From: Octopus sinensis
Taxonomy: Eukaryota
Assembly: GCF_006345805.1 (NCBI RefSeq)
Contig: NC_043014.1
Location: 7,254,001 to 7,318,000, forward strand
Length of the DNA stretch: 64,000 nt
Direction of reading: 5' to 3'
Part shown: one piece after another, positions 26,101 through 39,900 of the stretch
Layout: the number at the start of each line of letters is the position of its first letter
Position numbering within the stretch: position 1 is the first letter of the stretch
Translations under genes and position numbers: made by a program
Notes under the pieces: generated by a model
Told to the model about the DNA's origin: nothing
The model's input: the letters and a program-made list of their open reading frames with translations, nothing else
Databases searched by the model: none

Positions 26101-29100
26101 TTGACTCTGGAAAGATAAAAGGCTAAGTCAACTGTGGCAGAATTTGAACTCCAAAAGAAAAGACGGAGAAAATGTCACTAAGCGTTTTGTCCAATGTGTT
26201 AACCCTTTCCTAACCGGATTTCTGTTGAGATGCTCTGTGTTTCTTTCAATTAATTTTAAATATAACAAAGAATTTAGTAAAATAACTTTGTTATCATTCA
26301 GCTAGTGTTAGGAACATAAATTGTGACTAAGGTTTGGTGGAAGATTTTAATTCAAAACTTATGAAAACCAGACATTTGTACTCAGAGCCAAAGGTGGTTT
26401 CAGCCAGATTGATATCAAAAGGGTTAAGAATTGTTTCTCTATTATATATATTTTAACCCTTTTGTTACCAAATTTCTCTTGAGATGCTCTGTGTTTCTTT
26501 TAATTATTCTAAATATAACAAATAATTTAGTAAAATAACTTAGTTATCATTCAGCTAGTGTTAGGAACATAAATTGTGACTAAGGTTTGGTGGAAGATTT
26601 TAATTCAGAACTTTTGGAAACAAGACATTTGTACAACAGAGCCAGAGCTAGTTTCGGCCAGGTTGGTAACGAAAGGATTAATGACCCTGCTAGCTCACCC
26701 CAATCTTAACAACAACCCTTAATAATAATGGCTTCAAATTTTTTGCAAAAGGCTAGCAATTTCAAATTAGGAGATAACTCGGTTACATCAACCCTGGTGC
26801 TCACCTGGTTCTTATTTCATCAACCCTGAAAGGGTGAAAGACAAAATCAGCACTGATGGCATTTGAACCCAGAGAATAAAGTCACAAAAACGCTACTAAG
26901 CATTTTGTTCACAACCGAAAAAATTCAGCCAACAGTAAAGGGCAACAATGGGTACAAAAACAACAACAACAACCCTTTCTACTAAAGGCACAAGTCCTGA
27001 TATTTTAGGGGAGGCGACTAACCGAGTACATTGATCCCCCAGGATGAAAGGCAAAGTAAACCTCAGCGGCATTTGAACTCAATGTACAAATGGAGGAAAT
27101 ACCACAAGGTATTTTGCCCGGCAAAGCAATGATAATAATAATAATAATCTATTTTACTCTAGGCACAAGGCCTGAAATTTGTGGGGAGGGGAATACGCGA
27201 TTACGTTGGCCCCAGGGTTTCATTGTTAGGAAAGGATGAAGGGCAAGATCGACCTCGGTGGCTTTTGAACTCAGGACATACAGACAGATGCAATACCACT
27301 AGGTATCTTGTCGAGCATAGCAATAATAATGCTAAATCCTTTCTACTATAAGCACAAGGCCTGAAATTTGAGGGGAGGGGACTAGTCAATTACATCGACC
27401 CCAGTGTATCACTGGGATTTCATTTATTGACCCTGAAAGGATGAAGGGCAGTCAACCTCAGTGACATTTGACCTCAGAAGATACAGACAAACAAAATATT
27501 GCAAGTTATTGTGCTAAGAAGAAAAGAAGAAGAAGAAGAAGAAGAAGAAGAAAATGAAGAAGAAGAAGAAGAAGAAGAAGAAAATGAAGAAGAAAGAAGA
27601 AAATGAAGAAGAAGAAGAATAAAATGAAGAAGAAGAAGAAGAAGAAAGAAAATGAGAAGAAGAAGAAAGAAGAAGAAGAAAGAAGAAGAAAATGAAGAAG
27701 AAGAAGAGAGAAAAGAAGAAAGAAGAAAATGAAGAAGAAGAGAGAAAAGAAGAAGAAAATGAAGAAGAAGAAAATGAAGAAGAAGAAGAAGAAGAAGAAG
27801 AAAGAAGAAGAAAATGAAGAAGAAGAAAATGAAGAAGAAGAAGAAAGAAGAAGAAAATGAAGAAGAAGAAAATGAAGAAGAAGAGAGAAAAGAAGAAGAA
27901 AGAAAAGAAAATGAAGAAGAAGAAGAAAGAAGAAGAATAAAATGAAGAAGAAGAAGAAGAAGAAGAAGAAGAAGACGACGACGACAACGACGAAGAAGAA
28001 GAACAACAACAAGAACAAAGAAAAAAAAAGAAGGTTAACAACCCACCTATTTAGTTTGTCCACTTTCTGAACATAGAAATGACCAGGGTGGACAATGTAT
28101 GAGATGACAACATTTTGGTTAGATTCTTCTGGAACCAGCTGCTCTGAGGAAAGATCACTTTCCCAACCAGTTACTCTGTTCAGGAGAAAACATAAACGAG
28201 ACGCAATAACAACACCAACGCACAAAGCAATACAACTCACTGGTATATAACACATACTTTTACCTCATAGGAACATCTCAAAAAGAAACCCCTGCAAAGT
28301 TGGGCCTCCTGAAACCTTTTTTTTTTATCTTTTTATCTTCTTATTTTACTTGTTTCAGTCATTTGACTGCGGCCATGCTGGAGCACCGCCTTTAGTCGAG
28401 CAAATCGACCCCTGAGACTTATTCTTTGTAAGCCCAGTACTTATTCTATTCGTCTCTTTTGCCGAACCGCTAAGTGACGGGGACATAAATACACCAGCAT
28501 CGGTTGTCAAGCAATGCTAGGGGGACAAACACAGACACACAAACACACACACGCATATATATATATATATACATATATACGACGGGCTTCTTTCAGTTTC
28601 CGTCAACCAAATCCACTCACAAGGCATTGGTCAGCCCGGGGCTATAGCAGAAGACACTTGCCCAAGATGCCACGCAGTGCAACTGAACCCGGAACCATGT
28701 GGTTGGTTAGCAAGCTACTTACCACACAGCCACTCTCCCTGAATTTACGAGCGGAAGACCCAAAAAATGAATATTCTGTGACTTCGAAGACCCGACAAAT
28801 GAAGTGAGTTCATGGCTCAGAGGATGGCCTGCTATGCTAACCTTGGATTGTAGAGTGACCCACTGTTCTTGAGGAGACCTGTTGAGTCAAGTATGTTAAT
28901 ACCAACATCAAAATGAAAAATCAAATGGAAATTGTAATTAGGATACCCGTGCAGGTGACACGTAAAAAGCACCGTCCGAACGTGGCAGTTGCCAGCGCCG
29001 CCTGACTGGCGTCCGTGTCGGTGACACATAAAAGCACCAACCAATCATGGCTGTTTGCCAGTCCCCACTGGTCCCTGTGCCGGAGGCACGTAAAAAACAC

Positions 29101-30577
29101 CCACTACACTCACGGAGTGGTTGGCGTTAGGAAGGACATCCAGTTGTAGAAACACTGCAAGATCAGACTGGAGCCTGGTGCAGCCCCTGGCTTCCCAGAT
29201 CCCGATCGAACCGTCCAACCCGTGCTAGCACGGAAAACAGACACTAAACGATGATGATGATGATGATGGTCCTGGAAAAGGGGTGGATGATCAACAGTGC
29301 AAGATACAGTGCTTTGCTGGCCAACAGACTGAAGCTTTGTTGTAGCATGACAATGCACACCCACACATGGCTGCCCAAACCATTGAAACCCTTAATTGAT
29401 TTGGGTTTTGAGGTGCTGGAATACCCTGCCACCAAACCCAGATCTCGACCCTTCCGACTAGCATATCTTCGGACTGATCAAAGATGGTTTACGAGGGTGT
29501 CGATTTCCTATGGATGAAGACGTGAAGGAAGAGGTGCATAAATGGTTGCACAAGCAACGGAAGACCTTCTTTTTGTAGGGAATACACAAGCCTGAGGACC
29601 ACTGGGGCAAGTGCATCAGAAAGGAGACTATATATATTTCTGTACTACCCACAAGGGGCGAAACACAGAGAGGACAAACATGGGCAGACAAACGGATTAA
29701 GTCGATTACATCGACCCCAGTGCGTAACTGGTACTTAATTTATCGACCCCGAAAGGATGAAAGGCAAAGTAAACCTCGGCGGAATTTGAACTCAGAATGT
29801 CAAGACAGACGAAATACCGCTGAGCATTTCGCCCGGCGTGCTAACGTTTCTGCCAGCTTGCCGCCTATATAGAAATTACAGCTGTGATACCAGTGCCGGT
29901 GGCACGTAAAAAGCACCACCCGATCGTGGCCGTTTGTCAGCCTCGTCTGGCACCTGTGCCGGTGGTATGTAAAAAGCACCCACTACACTCACGGAGTGGT
30001 TGGCGTTAGGAAGGGCATCCAGCCGTAGAAACATTGCCAGATCAGACTGGGCCTGGTGCAGCCTTCTGGCTTCCCAGACCACAGTTGAAGCGTCCAACCC
30101 ATGCTAGCATGGAAAGCGGACACTAAATGATAACGATGATGATAGAAAAATGATGTACTTGTTTACCCCCTGCTTTTGTGTTTAAATACATTGAAAAACA
30201 AGATTGCATATAATTTTTTTACTCTCCCATATATCATCATAATCATAATCATCATCATTTAACGTCCTTCTCCCATGCTGGTATGGGTTGGATGGCTTGG
30301 CAGAAGCTGGCCAAGCAGGGGCCTGTGCAATGCTTCTGTGTCTGATCTGGCGTGGTTTTTACGGCTGAATTCCCCTCCTAATGCTAACCACTCCATGTGT
30401 GCAGACATGGTAAAAAGTTTGCTTCTCAACCACATCGTTCCAAGTTCAGTCCCACTGCGTGGCACGTTGGCCAAGTGTCTTCCAATATAGCCTTAGGCCA
30501 ACCAAAGCCTTCTGAGGGGATTCGGTAGACGGAAACTGAAAGAAGCTCTGTGTGTATGTTTGTGTGTGTGTGTGTGT

Positions 30578-30615
<38 letters not shown>

Positions 30616-33600
30616 TGCATATATTGAGACAGGGTACAGCAAGCAGTCTGTTAAAGACATTTGCGAAATCCTTCCACTGTGTGGTAAGTAGCTTGCTTCC
30701 CAACCACATGGTTCCGGGTTCAGTCCCACTGCATGGCATGTTGGGCAAGTGTCTTCCAATATAGCCTCAGGCCAACCAAAGCCTCCTGAGGGGATTCAGT
30801 CGACGGAAACTGAAAGAAGCTCTGTGTGTGTGTATTTGTCCCCATCATCATTTGACTGGCCTTGAAGTGTTTACGCCCACTAACTTAGCAATTTGGCAAA
30901 AGACACTGATAAAACAAGTGCCAGGCTAAAAGCAAGAAAAAAGTACTGTAGTTAATTTGTTCGAGTGAGATTCTTTGAGACAGTGCCCCAGCATGGGCAC
31001 GGTTCAGTCCACTTGGATTGAAACAAGTAAAAGATATATACATACACAGCAGCACACACACACACAGAGGCGTGCACAAAACACACATATGCACATGTGC
31101 ACTCGCACACACACACACAAGTACACATGCAAGCAAGCAAGCACATGTATGTAGGGGCAAATGTATAGAGTGGTTAAAAAGCATCCAGCAACACGGCTGG
31201 AAAAAAAAAACAAAGAAGTATTTTCTTTTATATCCGTAAAAAGCACCATCCGAATTGTGGCCGATGCCAGCGCCGCCTTGACTGGCTTCTGTGCCGGTGG
31301 CACGTAAAAAGCACCATCCGAATCGTGGCCAATGCCAGCACCGCCTTGACTGGCTTCTGTGCCAGTGGCATGTAAAATGCACCAATCCGATCGTGGCTGT
31401 TGCCAGCACCGCCTTGACTGGCTTCCGGGCCGGTGGCACATAAATAGCACCATCCGAATCGTGGCCGATGCCAGACTCCCCTGGCACCTGTGCCGGTGGC
31501 ACGTAAAAAGCAGCCACTACACTCACGGAGTGGTTGGCGTTAGGAAGGGCATCCAGCTGTAGAAACACTGCCAGATCAGACTGGAGCCTGGTGCAGCCTT
31601 CTGGCTTCCCAGATCCACGGTTGAACCGTCCAACCCATGCCAGCATGGAGAACGGACGTTAAACGATGATGATGATGATGATGATTTTCACTGACCTTGT
31701 CTTGGCTATGACTGAGGGTTTCTCATCAGGGAGGTACTTTCTAAATTTCTCTCGAAGAAGGACCAAGTGCTAAAAGTAGAAGGCAAGAGTATAAGCAACA
31801 AAAATAAACATGCAACAACAAAATATGAATCAATGAGGAAACCACCACATACACACTCAACTTGCAAGAAATAGCAGCTAAGTTTCCTTCAAAACATACC
31901 CTAATAGGCGCAGGAGTGGCTGTGCGGTAAGTAGCTTGCTAACCAACCACATGGTTCCGGGTTCAGTCCCACTGCGTGGCATCTTGGGCAAGTGTCTTCT
32001 GCTATAGCTCTGGGCTGACCAATGCCTTGTGAGTGGATTTGGTAGACGGAAACTGAAAGAAGCCTGTCATACCAAGACAAGACCCCAGTTGAACCGTCCA
32101 ACCCATGCTAGCATGGAAAGCGGACGCTAAACGATGATGATGATGATGGAGTGTGTGGGTTTAGTACATAGCAGAAGTGGGTGTAAAAGTCTTGAAAAAA
32201 AAGCTCGGGAATTTCCAGCTATCGGACAGGTACCAACAAGATTTTTCTTGATGTGCCAGTATGGGCATAGAGCAGTGCGGTTCGGCAAAAGAGACCGATG
32301 GAATAAGAACTAGGCTTCCAAAGAATAAGTCCCGGGGTCGATTTGCTCGACTAAAAGACGGTGCTCCAGCATGGCCACAGTCAAAATGACTGAAACAAGT
32401 AAAAGAGATGATGATGATCCTGATGATGATAAGAACAGACAACGATGATGACGCGAATGATGCTGAAGATACAGATGATCCTAGTAAGCGATGACAATGA
32501 CAGGCACATGCAAAATACCTCAGGGTTATCAACTGCAAGTTTCTGATCCAACAGCTCCCGGCGCAGACTCGTACCATTGGTCACTGAATTGATGTCCTTT
32601 AAAAAGATCCGTTCAAGAAGTGGATCAAGCCACAGTGAATTCTTTGTTCTGGAAAACAATAAAAAAAGAAATTTTTAACAATATACATATATATATATAT
32701 ATACTCTTTACTTTTTTACTCTTTTACTTCTTTCAGTCATTTGACTGCGGCCATGCTGGGGCACCGCCTTTAATCGAGCAACTCGACCCCGGGACTTATT
32801 CTTTTGTAAACCCAGTACTTATTCTATCGGTCTCTTTTGCCGAACCGCTAAGTAACAGGGACATAAACACACCAGCATCGGTTATCAAGCAATGCTAGGG
32901 GACAAACACAGACACAAACATACACGCACATATATATATATATATATATACCTACATACGACGGGCTTCTTCCAGTTTCCGTTTACCAAATCCACTCACA
33001 AGGCTTTGGTCAGCCCGGGGCTATAGTAGAAGACACTTGCCCAACGTGCCACGCAGTGGGACTGAATTGATAAAAGGTAGGTTTTTTTATAATTTATATA
33101 CTCTTTCTCTTTTACTCTTTTACTTGTTTCGGTCATTTGACTGCGGCCATGCTGGAGCACCGCCTTTAATCGAGCAACTCAACCCCGGGGCTTATTCTTT
33201 TGTAAGCCCAGTACTTATTCTATCGGTCTCTTTTGCCGAACCGCTAAGTAACGGGGACATAAACACACCAGCATCGGTTGTCAAGCAATGCTAGGGGGAC
33301 AAACACAGACACACAAACACACACACATATATACACACACATATATGTAAGTACACACACACACATATATGTAAGTATGCATGTGTGTGTGTGTCTGTCT
33401 GTCTGTCTGTCTTTGTCTTTCCCAAAATCGCTTGACAACCGATGCTAGTGTGTTTACGTCCTATAACTTAGTGGTGCAGCAAAAGAGACCAATAGAATGA
33501 GTACAAGGTTTACAAGGAATAAATCTCGGAGTTGGTTTCTTCGACCAAAACCCTTTAAGGCAGTGCTCCAGCATGGCCACAGTCATATGACTGAAACGAG

Positions 33601-33753
33601 TTAAAAAAATAAAAGAATACACACACATACAATCTGAAGCATCTGCAGATACAGAAAGAGGTGTGTGTGTGTGTGTGTGTTGGGTACGTGTGTGTGTGTA
33701 CGTGAGTGTGTGTGTGTACATGAGTGTGTGTGTGTGTGTGAGTGTATGAGTGT

Positions 33754-33792
<39 letters not shown>

Positions 33793-33898
33793 TGAGTGTG
33801 TGTGTGTGAGTGTGTGTGTGTGTGTGAGTGTGTGTGTGTGCGTGTGTGTGTGTGTGTGTGAGTGAGTGTGTGTGTGTGTGTGTGTGTTGAGTGTGTGT

Positions 33899-33944
<46 letters not shown>

Positions 33945-36900
33945 TGTGTGTGTGAGTGTGTGTGTGTCTTTGTGTTTGATGCCCTCCATCACTTGACAAC
34001 CGGTGTTGGTGTGTTTATTGCCCCGTAACTTAGCGGTTCAGCCGAAGGGAACAAACAAATGACAACCAGGCTTGAAAACAAATAAGTTCGGGGGACAATT
34101 CGTTTGAGTAAAAGATTTCTTCAAGGCAATGCCCCAGCATGGCCACAGTCTAACTGACTGAAACAAGTAAAAAGTAAAAAAATAACAAAAAGAGAAAATA
34201 GAAAATTAAAAATACAAAAAAAAAAAAAAACAAGAAAAACAACTTAACTTACACGAACTGAATTTTTCCATACAACATCTTCGACTCGACCCAAAGGTTT
34301 GTGTAGGAATTGGCCTGTGAAAATAGATTAAGAACCATCATCATCATCGTCGTCATCATTTGACATCTCCTTTGACAACAGGCACCCATGCTTGCGAAGA
34401 CCTGTTGGGGCAAGTGAAATCGAAATCGGAATCGAAATTGAACCAATCCTATGACTGGCACCCGGCAGATGCCAGGAACCCTGAACTGGTGGTACGTAAA
34501 AAGCACTATCCGAATCATGGCCGATGCCAGTGCCGCCTCTACTGGCTTCCGTGCCGGTGGCACGTAAAAAGCACCATCCGAATCGTGGCTGATGCCAGTG
34601 CCGCCTCTACTGGCTTCTGTGCCGGTGGCACGTAAAAAGCACCATCCGAATCGTGGCCGATGCCAGCGCGGCCTCGACTGGCTTCTGTGCCGGTGGCACA
34701 TAAAAAGCACCATCCGAATCGTGGCCGATGCCAGCGCGGCCTCGACTGGCTTCTGTGCCGGTGGCACGTAAAAAGCACCATCCGAATCGTGGCTGATGCC
34801 AGTGCCGCCTCTACTGGCTTCTGTGCCGGTGGCACGTAAAAAGCACCATCCGAATCGTGGCCGATGCCAGCGCGGCCTCGACTGGCTTCTGTGCCGGTGG
34901 CACGTAAAAAGCACCATCCGAATCGTGGCCGATGCCAGTGCCGCCTCTACTGGCTTCTGTGCCGGTGGCACGTAAAAAGCACCATCCGAATCGTGGCCGA
35001 TGCCAGCGTGGCCTGACTGGCTTCTGTGCCGGTGGCACGTAAAAAGCACCATCCGAATCGTGGCCGATGCCAGCGCCGCCTCGACTGGCTTCTGTGCCGG
35101 TGGCACGTAAAAAGCACCATCCGAATCGTGGCTGATGCCAGTGCCGCCTCTACTGGCTTCTGTGCCGGTGGCACGTAAAAAGCACCATCCGAATCGTGGC
35201 CGATGCCAGCGCCGCCTCTACTGGCTTCTGTGCCAGTGGCACGTAAAAAGCACCATCCGAATCGTGGCCGATGCCAGCACCGCCTCTACTGGCTTCTGTG
35301 CCGGTGGCACATAAAAAGCACCATCCGAATCGTGGCCGATGCCAGTGCCGCCTCTACTGGCTTCTGTGCCGGTGGCACGTAAAAAGCACCATCCGAATCG
35401 TGGCCGATGCCAGCGCCGCCTCGACTGGCTTCTGTGCCGGTGGCACGTAAAATGCACCAATCCGACTGTGGCCGTTGCCAGCCTCGCCTGGCACCTGTGC
35501 GGGTGGCACGTAAAAAGCACCCACTACACTCACGGAGTGGTTGGCGTTAGGAAGGGCATCCAGCTGTAGAAACACTGCCAGATCAGACTGGAGCCTGGTG
35601 CAGCCTTCTGGCTTCCCAGATCCCCGGTCGAACCGTCCAACCCATGCCAGCATGGAAAGCGGACATTAAACGATGATGATGATGATGATGATTTCCCATG
35701 CTGGTTGAGGCAGATTTACTACGACTGGATACCTTTGTCAGTAACCCTCACGTTTTTCTTCCCCTATATAAGGTAATATTTTTCCATGGCTTGACATGCT
35801 TTCACACTATCTTGCATGGAGTATTGGACAGGCTATTCAGTTTGCCTCCAGTTTCGTTCAGGAACATGATGTTGAAATCCACAAAAATGGTGAAACACTG
35901 ATGCCCATTGTCCCTGGATGGGATCCGAGGTGAGTCATCTCACCTATGACTCTCAGTTGTTTTAACACCCAGTACTTAAAGGGACTTGTACTTGTGACGG
36001 CGTTCACCCAGATCAGACTGGGCCTGGTGCAGCCTTCTGGCTTCCCAGACCCCTGTTGAACCGTCCAACCCATGATAGCATGGAAAGCAGACGCTAAACG
36101 ATGATGATGATGATGATGATGATGGAAAGAGCATACTGTAAATTTTGTCGGGCAAGCAGACAGATAGACAGACAGACAGACAGATAAAGATATGAACTTA
36201 CAAAATTAGACCAGCGAACATCACAGTCAACTGGCTGGAGTCGACAGAGGAATATTTCTACAGCTTGGTAAGGCACACGAGCAAACTGGTCAGGTATCGT
36301 GTACAGATTGCACACCGGGTGTTCCTCGGTCTTGCCAATATCAACAAAGAACAACTGGAGGAGAAGGAAGAGGGTGAAGAGAAGTGAGTACATGTTAAAG
36401 AAAGGTGGGAGGGAATTAGAAATAACACAAGGAGAATGGAAATGCAAAAACATAAAATATACATATATAGGCGCAGGAGTGGCTGAGTGGTAAGTAGCTT
36501 GCTAACCAACCACATGGTTCCGGGTTCAGTCCCACTGCTTGGCATCTTGGGCAAGTGTCTTCTGCTATAGCCCCGGGCCAACCAATGCCTTGTGAGTGGA
36601 TTTGGTAGACGGAAACTGAAAGATGCCTGTCGTATATATGTATATATATATATATGTGTGTGTATGTGTGTTTATATGTTTGTGTGTCTGTGTTTGTCCC
36701 CCCCCCAAACATCGCTTGACAACCGATGCTGGTGTGTTTACGTCCCCGTCACTTAGCGGTTCGGCAAAAGAGACCGATAGAATAAGTACTGGGCTTACAA
36801 AGAATAAGTCCCGGGGTCGATTTGCTCGACTAAAGGCGGTGCTCCAGCATGGCCGCAGTCAAATGACTGAAACAAGTAAAAAATACAATGAAACAAATAA

Positions 36901-39900
36901 ACCTAAGTCTGCCCACTAAATCCTCATCATCATTATTCGACCGTGGTCGAGACAATGGAATTTACCATGCTACGCCAGACTTCACGGTCCATCATAGCAT
37001 TACGGAGGTCCCGTTGCTGGATGCCTGATTCCCTGGAGATTACATCAGGGTAGGAGAGTGTGCACCCTCTGGTATTGCGAGTAGATGGCTTCCAGAGGAG
37101 AAGAGTAGAAATTGTTTCGTTTTCAGCTCTACAACAATGTCCAGCAAACTGGACTCTCCTACCTTTCACAAGAGATGACACAGGTGGTAGTTTCCCATAT
37201 ATTTGCATTTTGGTTGGATGACGCTTCCACGAGAGATTTTGAGCTCTCATAAGGAGGCGAGTGTAGGTTCCATCCAACCGCCTCTCAAATCTTTGATAAC
37301 GTCCAGGTTTCTGAGCCATGTAGTAGAATTGGTTCAACTGTGGCTTTGAAGATTTTAAGTTTGAAGTCTCTACTTAGATTTGATGACCAGATCTTATGCA
37401 TGTCATTACAGGCTGACCAGGCCATACCCTTTCTAGTTAGAAAATCTTTTTTCAGATGATGATATGTATGACCCAAGATATTTGTATGAGTATCTTGGCT
37501 CATACTCACTAAAGGCTGACCAGGGGTTAAAGAACAACAACTACTATGATAACAATGATGATGGTGATGGCCACAACACAACACTCAAAGATCAACAAGC
37601 CCCCAACGTCCAGTGGTCAGCTTGTATATACTTACAGTCACTGTGTTTTTCGTAGCACAATTGTTCAGTTTGGACAACTTCACACTGTAAAGAACACAAA
37701 AAAAAAAAAAAATTAAAAATAAGAAAGAACTGATAGCAATCATACCATTGGAAATGGAAGGTAGGAAGTGTGACAGCGGAAGCTCCCCGGTGTCATGTGA
37801 TTCACACATAAAAAGCCCCTTTCAAGTGTTGGGCCCCACGGAGGCAATGACCAATGACCGAGACCTTTGGCAACAATATGCCATGCTTGAGTTGAAGACC
37901 CATCAAGCCGAGTGAAATCATAGCCGGGGTAGATACTGGTGCCACGCAAGTGGCATGTAAAAGCACCCATTACGCTCTGCAAAGTGGTTGGCGTTAGGAA
38001 AGGCATCCAACCAGAGAAACCATGCCAAATCAGACTGGAGTCTGGTGCAGCCCCTCAGCTTACCAGCCCTGGTCAAAAAGTTAAACCCATGCCAGAATGG
38101 ACAATGGACGTTAAAAGCACCTTTTTGATGTAAATAATTTTTGGTGTTAACATGGTCTGATTTGAACTTTTTCTACTACGGAAGGAAGAGCAAGCCTTCT
38201 TTTATCACACTCTCAATTTTGGTCAACTTGCGCCGCAGGGTCTCGGAGGAGATAGTGCTAGTTGAAGGCTACCAAATCTGCCACACACACAGACAACTTC
38301 AGCTTTATATATAAAGATATATATTTATGTATATAAATACACATATACATATATACATACATAGATATATGTACACAGGCACGTATACACATATACGGTG
38401 GCACATCGTGCTGGTGATACGTAAAAGGCACAATCCGATCGTGGCTGTTGCCAGCCTCACCTGGCCCCTGTGCCGGTGGCATGTAAAAAGCACCATCCGA
38501 TCGTGGCCATTTGCCAGTACCGCTTGACTGACCCCTGTGCCAGTAGCACGTAAAAAGCACCCACTACACTCATGGAGTGGTTGGCATTAGGAAGGGCATC
38601 CAGCCGTAGAAACATTGCCAGATCAGACTGGGCCTGGTGCAGCCATCTGGCTTCCCAGACCCCAGTTGAACCGTCCAACCCATGCTAGCAAGGAAAGTGA
38701 ACGCTAAATGATGATGATGATGATGATGATGATGACACAAAGTCATTTCTGTGAATGTGTGCCCAATTTGAATTACAAAAAGGTACTAACCGAAAGAATC
38801 CTTTCGATGTGTTGACTGCACACAGAGTCCCAATTTCCAGTTTCTCTGTGGGGGAAAATAATTAAGAAAAGAAACAAAGAGAATAACAATTAAATGAATA
38901 TAGTTAATTTAAGTTTAAGTTTAAGTTAATTTTTTGGCTCAAAAAGCAAAAAGCAAGGCCATGTAGGGGGACATGGAGTTATGTACAGGGTGGTGTTCAT
39001 GCAAAGAGTTCAGGCCATTTAAGGTCAAGGGAGACTTTGAACCGAGCGGTCGTCGGCATCTTCACCATCTCGTCCGGCAGCTTATTCCACGGATCCGCAA
39101 CCCGGACGGAGAAAGCCCCTCTCTTTCGATTGAGATGAAATCGTCGCAGATAGAGCTTTTCGGAGTGACCCCGCAGCCAACGCTCTGGAGCAGGAGTGAA
39201 GAACAGCTCTTTCGAGAGGTTACACTTTCCGCTTATGATGTTGTGAGCAAGAATGAGATCACCACGGCGTCGTCGTTTTTCTAGAGAATAAAGGTCGAGC
39301 GTCTTCAGCCTTGCACGTAAAACAAGCAAACAATACGTTTAATGTGCACTGTTCTAATGCATATGAATGAAGACGGTTGCATCAAGAAGTGCCGATGTCT
39401 AATCGCGGAGAGAATGTGTGGAATGGGTAGATCCAGGAAGACATGGGATGAAGTGGTAAGAAAGTCAAAGAGGGGATGACAGAGAACCGAGACTTCTAGA
39501 GGTTTGCTGTACTCGAGAAGACTGTATCAGGACAATTAGCCCCAGTCAAGGCGGCGCTGGCAATGGCCACGTTCGGATGGTGCTTTTTATGTGCCACTGG
39601 CACAGGCCTCACAGCTAAAATTTCCATTTGATTTTTCAAACCAAATCAAATCCAATATCAGAAAGCAGAACCAAAATCGAAGTTGATCAACATCAATGGA
39701 AATTGCAGCTGTGGTACCAGTGCCGGTGACAAGTAAGCGAACCATCTGATCGTGGCCGTTGCCAGCACCGTCCCGACCAGCTTCCGTGCCGGTGGCACGT
39801 AAAAGCACCATCCGTTCGTGTCCGTTGCCAGCCTTGCCTGGCCCCCATGCCGGTGGGACGTAGCACCATCCGTTCGTGGCCGTTGCCAGCCTCGTCTGGC

